From contig CM000207.1 in NCBI GenBank assembly GCA_000002445.1, positions 1,600,001-1,664,000 on the forward strand: a DNA stretch of 64,000 bases. Reading direction: 5' to 3'. The notes below the pieces were generated by a model. That model saw nothing but the letters and a program-made list of their open reading frames with translations. It was not told the origin of the DNA and made no database searches. A program made the position numbers and the translations under genes. Below are positions 55,566 to 64,000 of the stretch, piece by piece (within the stretch, counting starts at the first letter, position 1; every line of letters starts with the position of its first letter). The stretch is from Trypanosoma brucei (Eukaryota).

Positions 55566-57503
55566 TTATATCCCGCTCATCGCCAAACGGACAGCGACAT
55601 TGGAAAGATGAGGCATGCTCCACATCGAACAAAGCGTTTCCATGGCGCTGAAAGCCCACCCGGTTACCTCCGCGCCTGTGTTAGGTGTCTTGTTGCAATG
55701 TGGAAGAAGCAAAGCAAAGTACAAACGCCCTCCATCCATGTCCTCGTAACTCCGTAGGACGTAAAAGGCGGAGTTACTATCGCCAACAAAGTACATCCTT
55801 CTCCCCGGTGACTTAAGCGCCTGCAGTGCTACAGATTGGATTAACGCCCTTTCCTGCTCAAGGCGCTTTTCCGCATCATCGGATAACCGTCTTTGCGGGA
55901 ACACACAGTTTACCACCCAGTGCTCCAGCTGCTTCATTTCACTATCTTCATTGGCCTGTCCCCCGCCGTTGGAACGTTCCTTGGCTGCAGAAACTGTCAT
56001 GTTAGATGTGATAGCACCAAAATTGTAGTGGTGCCGGTACCATGCACGTTTCCCAGGTCGCCGTGTGCAGTCGCTCACTAAGAGGAAAGTTGTCCCGTTT
56101 CGTTCGCGTGTTATACTCAAAAGCAATTGCACCAAGCACCGGCAGCCCCTCGTTAGCACAAAGTCGCAATCTGATCCCAATACAGGAGATAAACATAAAC
56201 CAAAAGGTGGTGTCAACTTTACTGGTATCTGACGCGGACCGTCGTCGCTACGGCGCCGAAATGAATTACCGCGCCAAGCCTCTAAACCGGCCATTAATAA
56301 GTCATAGGGGCTGGTGAAACGGAGCTGGCGGCCAGAATTCCGAACCGCTGCTGGCGGTCCGCTCGTTGATGCACCGTTTTGACGCGCATTTTTTTCTTTT
56401 TCTCCCTCACTTTTCGCCACACTTTCACCTTCTGGTAAAGGTGTAACGTTTGAGGATGGAATCTGACACTCATTTTCCACTCTGTTCTGCTCATCGATGG
56501 CCGGTGAGCCACCCTTCAATCGATCACGGGACGTGGGCTCTTTCTTATGGGAAAAGGATGTTAAGCAGTTTCTGAATAGAAATGAGAGTCGGCTTTGCAG
56601 ACCCCACACGATGTTCAACATTATCCATATGAATGGACACCGCATATGGAACAGGGCGGGTAACGCAAAAGCTTTAGAGGAAGTAGAGTTCGACTGCAGA
56701 GATCGCGGAAATTTGCAGACCACCTGACTCTCAAAATTGTGGTAATGAGAAAGTTCCGCAAGGCGACTCGGAGTAAGCAAGCCTAATTCCTCCCACAACT
56801 TCTGCTGCTTCGCCATCTCCCGCTGCATCGTTCGGGCCATGTGCACGTAACGAACAGCAACCATTACGTTCACGCACCGAAAGGAGTTCTCCACTATCTC
56901 AGCCACGCACCGCAGGAGCTCGATCCGCACTGCGAGGGTGTGTTGTAAAATATAAAGGAAGTACGTGAAACTCGGTGCTTTCCCCAACTCAATCTCCGCA
57001 AGAGTTCGCTGAGAGCCCTCTTTCGCGTCCTGCATCCACTTCAGGTTGGCCGCAGTGCTTACCTCCGACCAATGTACCGCAAACACGTGGGGCGGGAACT
57101 CCGCACGACCCCCCGATGAATATGTCGCCCCGAATAATCGTAACCATAACCTTCTGAACTCATTGAGATGGTTAGTGTACGATATAGCGGCCACAGCATC
57201 TTCGCCTCGAAGAAAGCTACCATCGGCAGCCTCTAACGACTCACCAAGTTTCTTCCAGTTATCCTGACAAACGTTAAGTGCCCCATCAAATGCCTCGGTA
57301 GACCCACTTAGGGCGCGTGACAGGCCGATAAGGGACGATACGGCTTTGTCGACAATGGCAGGCAAGTAGCGGAGGTGTGACCCTCGTCGCCGAGCCTCCT
57401 GTGGGCCTGCAAGACTTAAAATTGCCTCTTGGGCAACGTCTAGCATTCCAGAGTGAAACAAGCTCATCTTTACATTTTTATGGACATTTACCTTATCGCT
57501 CAT
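55566..57503 (-). CDS. Conserved hypothetical protein (645 aa)
   Basis: Long non-repetitive ORF in the transcription-unit sense. No recognisable domain. Confidence 0.65.
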   Translation of the reverse strand: MSDKVNVHKNVKMSLFHSGMLDVAQEAILSLAGPQEARRRGSHLRYLPAIVDKAVSSLIGLSRALSGSTEAFDGALNVCQDNWKKLGESLEAADGSFLRGEDAVAAISYTNHLNEFRRLWLRLFGATYSSGGRAEFPPHVFAVHWSEVSTAANLKWMQDAKEGSQRTLAEIELGKAPSFTYFLYILQHTLAVRIELLRCVAEIVENSFRCVNVMVAVRYVHMARTMQREMAKQQKLWEELGLLTPSRLAELSHYHNFESQVVCKFPRSLQSNSTSSKAFALPALFHMRCPFIWIMLNIVWGLQSRLSFLFRNCLTSFSHKKEPTSRDRLKGGSPAIDEQNRVENECQIPSSNVTPLPEGESVAKSEGEKEKNARQNGASTSGPPAAVRNSGRQLRFTSPYDLLMAGLEAWRGNSFRRRSDDGPRQIPVKLTPPFGLCLSPVLGSDCDFVLTRGCRCLVQLLLSITRERNGTTFLLVSDCTRRPGKRAWYRHHYNFGAITSNMTVSAAKERSNGGGQANEDSEMKQLEHWVVNCVFPQRRLSDDAEKRLEQERALIQSVALQALKSPGRRMYFVGDSNSAFYVLRSYEDMDGGRLYFALLLPHCNKTPNTGAEVTGWAFSAMETLCSMWSMPHLSNVAVRLAMSGI

Positions 57504-57739
57504 CAGCTAGTGTATTGCTTCCTTAGCGGCTCAACAAGGATGCAGCGAGCAGGAAGAAACGCGATAAGCACAAGGACCAAAAACCGGCTTATGTTTTGAA
57601 AACCAAAATAACACGTTACGTCGCTCCACCACGCACCCGTGCAATGTCGCGGGCTAGTGCAGGCGAAAGTGCAAAAAGGGGGGAATTTCTCCCATACCTC
57701 GACAGAACCATCATACCTCCCCTCCCGTCAGTTGGTGTC

Positions 57740-58312
57740 TTAACTCTTCCGAGAGGGTCGTGTGCTCACCAGGTTGTCATAGATACTTCGAACCCACGGA
57801 TGCTTAATTTTTTCCCCCGAAACATAAAACGAATCAAAGTTTAACTCAGGATGTGTCTTCTCGTATGCATGCGCCTGCGTCACCATTTCCAAGAGATCAA
57901 TGTCTCTGAGAAAGCGTGCCTCTGGGGTTCCCTGAGTTTCGTACTCTTCCCATAATTCCTGTAATTCCTTTTCCAAAGGGGAGTCATGCGGGAGGAGTCC
58001 TCTAAGGTGCAATATCGCCTCCTTTTCCCTCTTGTGTTTCTCTGCAGCCGGAACACCCATTTTGGGAGAGATGTCACCAATTATACTCTCACCAACATCG
58101 TGACAGAGCGCCATGCGTACAAGCCTGTCCCTATTGAGGGATGAGTCCGGGCACATCATACACAAAAGGGCAGCACGGTACATGTGATCAGAAACGGACT
58201 CGGGCTGATGGACACCGGTTTCCACCCAACCAGTTCGCATCGTTTCTTTCAGCTTCCCAACCGTGTGGAGGAATTCGATCGTGTCCATCTCTCGTACGGG
58301 AAGTAACCTCAA
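57740..58312 (-). CDS. HDDC2: HD-domain metal-dependent phosphohydrolase, HDDC2/YfbR-like (5'-deoxynucleotidase family)
   Basis: ESVSDHMYRAALLCMM (H...HD motif region) and CHDVGESIIGDISPKMGVPAAEKHKREKEA match HDDC2 blocks (ESVSDHMYRMAVMAM / VHDMAECIVGDIAP...KEEKHRREEEA). Size 190 aa, appropriate. Confidence 0.75.
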   Translation of the reverse strand: MRLLPVREMDTIEFLHTVGKLKETMRTGWVETGVHQPESVSDHMYRAALLCMMCPDSSLNRDRLVRMALCHDVGESIIGDISPKMGVPAAEKHKREKEAILHLRGLLPHDSPLEKELQELWEEYETQGTPEARFLRDIDLLEMVTQAHAYEKTHPELNFDSFYVSGEKIKHPWVRSIYDNLVSTRPSRKS

Positions 58313-58811
58313 CTACACACATGAAACAAGGAAAAAGAAGAACACCAGTATCCAAAACAAACAATTGCATAGCGAAAGCAAACACCTGAAACTGAGTCAT
58401 AAACCTGCAAGTAATGAAGTAAGTAATGCGGCAGCAGACACAGCACAATCCCACAGGGAAACTGATCGCAAATGGGCCACCACTCAGGACACCGAGCCGA
58501 CGAAGCAGTATTTAGGCGTTACGATCGTAATCCCAACTACGATAACTCACATACTCCCGCCACCGAACGAGGCGGAAATAGTGCCAACGACAACAACAAT
58601 AATAATGGTGATAGATGAGGGAACGAGAGAATAGCAGGCCACAGCGCTTGCACACCAACAGTCAAACTCGTTTTTCTTGTCTTTCTGACTATCGCGATGC
58701 TGAACTCACACGTCAAGGGGTAACCACACATTTTTTAAATCCAGCTTCCTTTGTTTTGCTTACCCAGTGCAAATATATATATATATATATATATCAATAA
58801 TACCGACAACC

Positions 58812-60272
58812 TCATGTGAAGGACACGGGTCTCCCGTGAGAATCGAGGAGAGGCTCGTCATAACCGAGAGCTTTGCGAAGTGTTACACCCTTGAAGGATT
58901 TCATAGACCGCAAAAGTTTTCCATCGGCGCCATCGTACACAACCATCATGCCATCCCCTTCCCTTGCGGTGGGAGGTGCGGCAGCGAATTCAATGTGGAC
59001 GTCGGAATGGAACTCATCCATGAAGGACCACTTTTTGATTCGCTCGAAGATCTCCCGATTTGGTTTACCTCCTTCAATAACGACATCGATTTGGGTGAGC
59101 TTTTCCGAAGCCCCAAGTACACGGCGCCATTGCGGGCGGTCCGTCGTGCGCACGAAAACGTTAATTATGGTCTCGTAGTCACATAGCAAGAGGTGAAGCT
59201 CCAGTTGCGCCACCTGCGGTATCTTTGGGCGTCTCAGCAGCAGCTTTGCCGCTTCCGCAGGCTCCACACGCCTCATTACGAGCTTTCGTGTATCAAACCC
59301 GCAGCGAAGAGTACGATCATAAAGATCCTCTACGACATCACCAGATTTACGTTTTAAATCCGTATTGCGATCTTTGGGGCGCAGACGCTTTTGTTTCGCG
59401 AGCTCCACCATCTCAGGGTACGTAAGGAACTTGCTAGTACGTTGTCCGGGGTTAACCAATATACCGAACTGCGATGATGATAACGCTATGGTGGCGAGCG
59501 CACTTAGGTGGTGAATGGACCCAACCGCGGTGACGGGAAAGGGAAGCTTACAGAACTCCTCGTAGCGTGTACCCATTCGAGGTACTGGAAACCAGCACGA
59601 CTCAAATGCATCTACCCGACCAAAGTAGTGATCAAGATATTCCTCCATTGAGAAAACTGGAAGGACAAGCATCCCGTTCGGCATTTCCATCAGTACGGGA
59701 AGTCGCTTCTCTTCACATTCATCTAGATTAATCCATAACTTCTTTCCCTTGGGGAAGACATCCGTCGCATCCTTCTGCAGTTCACAGCACATCTCTGTGG
59801 TACGAAGGAAAAGATACACTTCCTGCCAACCCTCATGATCAGGCCCCTCATTGTGGACGGTGTCCAGTGCGGCTCTCAATCGGTCCAGTTTCGCGTGATT
59901 CCTCATAAATTGATTGCTCACCATAATTTCTTTTGTCATATGCATCCGCTGTTCCTCTGGAACATAAGGGGGGTCATCTGGAGTAACGTTGTGCGCGTCG
60001 GCGCCGAAGAGTGTCATCGCGTCTTTCAGTCGGTCCGGCACAGGAGGTTGAGCTCGGTAACCTTTATTTGGAATACGACCCTGAAAACGCCGTTGAGACG
60101 CGACGGCGGAATTTATAGTGGTAGCAGCAACTACTTCGCATCGGACGGTGCTGTAAATAGATGAGGTCAGCAGAGCGCACCGGTGCATGTGAACCCGTAC
60201 CACCCCCGCGATCACAGCGTCGAAACGTTTTCCGTTACAGTTGACTCGGGAAGCACACCGCTGCTGGTGCAA
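58812..60272 (-). CDS. Hypothetical protein (486 aa as annotated from the first Met; true start may be internal)
   Basis: Long non-repetitive ORF in the transcription-unit sense. No recognisable domain. Confidence 0.6.
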   Translation of the reverse strand: MHQQRCASRVNCNGKRFDAVIAGVVRVHMHRCALLTSSIYSTVRCEVVAATTINSAVASQRRFQGRIPNKGYRAQPPVPDRLKDAMTLFGADAHNVTPDDPPYVPEEQRMHMTKEIMVSNQFMRNHAKLDRLRAALDTVHNEGPDHEGWQEVYLFLRTTEMCCELQKDATDVFPKGKKLWINLDECEEKRLPVLMEMPNGMLVLPVFSMEEYLDHYFGRVDAFESCWFPVPRMGTRYEEFCKLPFPVTAVGSIHHLSALATIALSSSQFGILVNPGQRTSKFLTYPEMVELAKQKRLRPKDRNTDLKRKSGDVVEDLYDRTLRCGFDTRKLVMRRVEPAEAAKLLLRRPKIPQVAQLELHLLLCDYETIINVFVRTTDRPQWRRVLGASEKLTQIDVVIEGGKPNREIFERIKKWSFMDEFHSDVHIEFAAAPPTAREGDGMMVVYDGADGKLLRSMKSFKGVTLRKALGYDEPLLDSHGRPVSFT

Positions 60273-60598
60273 AATACCTAAAAGAAAATATTCAAAAAAA
60301 AGAATATGAAATAATGATGTGCAAGCAAATAATCATAGTGAACACCAGTGAGTAAGTGATAAAGAAAAGCAATAAAAGTTGTACGTGCCTTCGCGTAAAG
60401 GGCCAAACTACGATGGAGCGCAACGTGTGGGTCCAGTTTACAGCTGTAAAGAGATTGGAGAGAGAGAATATAGATGGAAAATCACTCTCCGGGCACATGT
60501 TGACTTCCTCTCCGCCTTTTGCGTGCCGTACCGCTCGGTGATCCAAATCTTCACCAAAACACACACGGTGGGTAGTCCTTGGATAATCGACTGGGCTG

Positions 60599-60916
60599 TC
60601 AAGTATTATGCAAATCCCTCTTCCGCGTAGGGTCCACTGCCCGCTCGAGTAGCATGCGCTCTACCCGTACAGGAGATGCATTCTCCACTATTGAAAGATA
60701 TTCCAAATGGTCACGATGCAAAATAATCGTAGCTGCTGTGTCACGGTGCTGATACCGCAACCAGTCATCTTTGGTGCATTCGAGTGTGAGCGTTCCTTCA
60801 TTCTTCAGCAGCGCCTGCTCAATGTGAGGCTGGTAGGTTAGGCCGGGTCGCACAAAAGGATCGCCCATAGAAACACCCGCGCCCGAGAATGGTGTGGTTA
60901 CGGGAGTATGCAACAC
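60599..60916 (-). CDS. Possible small protein (105 aa), hypothetical
   Basis: Isolated ORF of normal composition in the transcription-unit sense between two larger genes. No domain recognised. Confidence 0.3.
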   Translation of the reverse strand: MLHTPVTTPFSGAGVSMGDPFVRPGLTYQPHIEQALLKNEGTLTLECTKDDWLRYQHRDTAATIILHRDHLEYLSIVENASPVRVERMLLERAVDPTRKRDLHNT

Positions 60917-62252
60917 TGGATAAATAAATAAATGGATGTAGAAAAGAGAAGGAAATGGTAGTCAACATCATTCCATCACCGAAAGAAGGAATTATAGTTC
61001 GCTACTGCAGGTAGATGTGTTTTCGCTTGACCGTATACGCACACGCTCATATTTACAATATTTGGTTGCAAAACAACGTGGAATAAGCAGCCTATTTCCC
61101 ACAGTGTGAAAACACCGTATACTATACGAAGATATTTACACAATTCTCCCCCCCCCAAAAAAAAAAAACTTGCGCGCAACATACGGCAACAACAATCAGA
61201 AACTAAGCTCACTTTACTCTATGGTTCGGCAACGGGATGCTTAACGAAACACCCGCTCAACGCTTTGGTTTTTACAAAGAAAGGGGGGTATCCTGCCGAC
61301 AAACCACTTGTAGCGGTACACAATAATGGAGTACACCAACAATGGTTCAAGTATTGGTGCTGCACGGAATATCCGCGACACACACACACACACACACACA
61401 TTATTTTATCTAGAGTGTTTGAAACACATCGATTATGTGGATTCTGATCTTTCACACATGTTTGTCCCTTTTTATTTGAACCACCACTCCCTGTGATAAC
61501 ACGCACACAACCTTTACCTTCGTGGGTTCCCCCCCCCTTCAGTCAAATAACAACCGTTGCATATTGCCAACTCCCAGGGGTCTTGTATGGTATCTTCAAA
61601 CCTTGGCACATGTCATCCGCAGCCCGATTCCTCGTCTGCAATCATACACAATCGCAACCACTTCTCCCTACAACAACAGTGCCCACATCAGAATGCCTAT
61701 CATTCCCATCACTGCAAAATTAACTCAAAAACAACACAGTAAAGTTACCAGCCCATGTCGCAAGTTGAAGACGGGCTACATGCGAGAGAGAAAAAAAAAA
61801 CTACGACTTTCGCGGAATCTGCCACCACAAGCGCTGATCCCCCCGCCCCCCCCCCCAATGCTTCCAAAAGCATATTACATATAATTCCCTCCGGGTTGAA
61901 TGCCCGTGTCGCGGCATCTCCGGGTGGGTACATCTGAGCTGCAGCTCACATTCCCGCATGCGAGACGGTTCCACGGTTGAGGTCCATACCTCCGTTCCAA
62001 GTGGAAAGAAATCTCCGCTAAATTCTTCACGTCCACAGCAGCAAGTCCTGTAGACCCAGCTGTAAAGTAACGCTACTCCCTTCACCCAGAAGAGGCCTCC
62101 GGACCCAGCAAACGGACGTCCTGAGGTAAAAGGGATACCCCATCGTCAACCTCCCCATATTAAAAAGTAAAAGTAAAGGATACAATCTTAATGGTGGCCT
62201 AAAACTTTACAAAATACGCATACCGCAACCTCAGGAACATCGGGGCCCGGGC

Positions 62253-63260
62253 TCAACGACGCCTTGAAGAAGACGAGCCCCGAGAGCTTAGCCGGCGACG
62301 CCCTGATACAGTTGTCCGCCCTGAGGGCAGGAGAGGCTCCTTTGCCGCTGCATCCTTTTTCCTGTCGCACTCTTTCTGCCAATTATACAGCCGCCGGACT
62401 AACCGATCCGCCCTTCGGGGCGAAATTGAAAAACCACTAATCACCCTCCTTTCCTCTCTCTGTTGGATAATCTGCCTTCGCAGTTGTTGCCTCACAAGCC
62501 TGCAGCCCCCTTCAAAGCAGAGGCGATCACCCACGTCTGTAAACGGGTCGTCTTTGCGAAGTTTGTCTGCCAACGTCATTGAGTTAGCGGTAAGTGTGGG
62601 ACGAAACGTACAATCAGAATCAGACTTCATCAGTATCACCTGCTCACGCATACGTCTTTTTTCAATGGCCCTGCTTTGTACCTCCTTATAGCATTCATGC
62701 GGCGGCCTGTATCCGCCCGCGCACAGCAGCCTCGACGTTGACGTTATCTTGGGCTTGAATGTTAGTTTATCCTCCTGTTCCTTCAACTTCCTCTCGCTCT
62801 CAGCCCTCTTTTCAGCAATGTGCTTTAGCTGAGCCATCGCAAGAGCGTAAAGCCGCGACCCAGCATTTGTTGCAACAGGTGAAACGCTACGCGAACCGGT
62901 TGAGGGCTCTCCGCCGTGCCCATTTTTTCGCTCCACGTACTTGCTTTGTGCCCTCGCCTTCGAGGCGGTGGTGGGAAGTAACAGATGGCTAAATGCCGCA
63001 GGATCCGAGCGTCTGGCATGTTTCCGTAGTGGTGTGGGTTCCTCTCGCGGACTCGGCGGGGCACGCGCAACCCGCTCCTTACGCAGCGGTGTAGGATTCG
63101 GCACACTGGCCCTCCTAGTTGAAGCACGGCCAAACTTTTGGGTTCCAGAACGAGTTCGAGAGAAGCGACCCCCGTCGCCACCCCATTCATCTATGTAACG
63201 AGTATCATTGTCATCCTTGTAATCGATGGAAACTGAACGACGGTTCACCAAGATACTCAT
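62253..63260 (-). CDS. Hypothetical basic, R/S-rich protein (335 aa) with short coiled-coil segment
   Basis: ORF in the transcription-unit sense. Central region (AEKRAESERKLKEQEDKL) is helical. Both termini are R/S/P-rich. Confidence 0.5.
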   Translation of the reverse strand: MSILVNRRSVSIDYKDDNDTRYIDEWGGDGGRFSRTRSGTQKFGRASTRRASVPNPTPLRKERVARAPPSPREEPTPLRKHARRSDPAAFSHLLLPTTASKARAQSKYVERKNGHGGEPSTGSRSVSPVATNAGSRLYALAMAQLKHIAEKRAESERKLKEQEDKLTFKPKITSTSRLLCAGGYRPPHECYKEVQSRAIEKRRMREQVILMKSDSDCTFRPTLTANSMTLADKLRKDDPFTDVGDRLCFEGGCRLVRQQLRRQIIQQREERRVISGFSISPRRADRLVRRLYNWQKECDRKKDAAAKEPLLPSGRTTVSGRRRLSSRGSSSSRRR

Positions 63261-63729
63261 GGCGCCTCACTCCAGGAAATATCCGTGCAGTAAAGTGGGC
63301 AGAAACCCCTACCTGATATAATCACCAGGTCTGTTGGTGTCCTTTGCAAGGCTCAGACGCATACAAATTGGGGAAGATTGCGTCCGTCGAATGTGAAGCA
63401 AAAGCAGCCAAAAAAAAACAACTCTACAGTCAGAAGCTATAGAAAGTGTAATGCCCTCAAACAATCGTACAGTTAAACGTATGCAACATTTCATATGGTT
63501 GTTGCATACGAGCAACCCCTTAGGAAGGGAGTGATGGCTTTTACTTCTTACTTTTTATTATTCTCTTAACTCAAAGGGAAAGAGAAAATTTATACGTCGG
63601 AAAACACCTCTTTAACACACCTTTCTCCATTCAAATAATGAAACTCTCACTTCGACCGCGCTGGATGCCCACACTACCCTGGTCATTTCTTTTTTTTTTT
63701 CACAACCGCCACTCTTCAATGAGCACATG

Positions 63730-64000
63730 TTAAGCGATGTCATCATCACCCTCATCGCACGACTCCCACTCGGGTTCATCCAAATCCCCCTCCTCATCGC
63801 CGTTGTCATCATTAGCAACCACCTCATCGTCCTCTGGTTGCAAAAGTTCAATGGGATTTGGATGATCCATGTCGGGAATCTGCTCCACAGCCGCGGGACC
63901 ACCCATTTCCTCTACTAAAACACCAATGGCTGTGTCCACCTCCTGCAATGCATCCGCATCACCGCCCGAGAGCGTCAACAAGACACGCGCACGACGGAGT
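63730..64000 (-). CDS. 3' end (C-terminus) of a gene whose 5' part lies beyond the window end. Acidic D/E-rich C-terminal tail.
   Basis: Open frame continues to the window edge on the minus strand. C-terminus ...DEEGDLDEPEWESCDEGDDDIA. Confidence 0.45.
   Translation of the reverse strand, partial: LRRARVLLTLSGGDADALQEVDTAIGVLVEEMGGPAAVEQIPDMDHPNPIELLQPEDDEVVANDDNGDEEGDLDEPEWESCDEGDDDIA

Noticed and set aside
60599-60916. Assigning the 105-aa ORF to a named family (e.g. roadblock/LC7-like)
   Set aside because: Only vague, short similarity that I cannot align convincingly. Left as hypothetical.

Overview
This window reads as a trypanosomatid (kinetoplastid) nuclear chromosome segment, most likely Trypanosoma brucei-like. 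Evidence: intronless ORFs all on one strand; polypyrimidine and (TA)n-rich intergenic regions; proteins such as SAS-6, BBS1 and a PABP with a Met/Pro/Gly-rich linker. Every supportable protein-coding gene (~22, two of them truncated at the window edges) is on the minus strand, so the window lies inside a single polycistronic transcription unit with no strand switch. Recognisable products are: SAS-6 (centriole cartwheel), BBS1 (BBSome), a FYVE zinc-finger protein with an E/R-rich helical repeat, COQ3/UbiG O-methyltransferase, a Sac1-type phosphoinositide phosphatase, RNA polymerase III subunit RPC4, an Hbs1/eRF3-family translational GTPase, poly(A)-binding protein, an HDDC2-type HD hydrolase, and several conserved hypotheticals. 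The outstanding feature is a 13.1 kb tandem array at 22322-35411: 7 complete and 0.5 partial copies of a 1738-1752 bp unit at >99% identity. It has no credible protein-coding capacity. Each unit carries, on the minus strand (the same sense as the transcription unit), at least two well-formed box C/D snoRNA-like elements (RUGAUGA ... CUGA with 6-bp terminal stems) plus weaker candidates. I interpret the array as a tandemly amplified snoRNA (or other small ncRNA) gene cluster embedded in the transcription unit. This is inference from sequence motifs only and needs expression/target validation. Additional oddities are internal microsatellite length variation and a sub-family SNP structure among the repeat copies, an abrupt mid-unit end of the array followed by a T-rich low-complexity block, and several kb-scale intergenic regions whose pyrimidine skew is on the non-coding strand.
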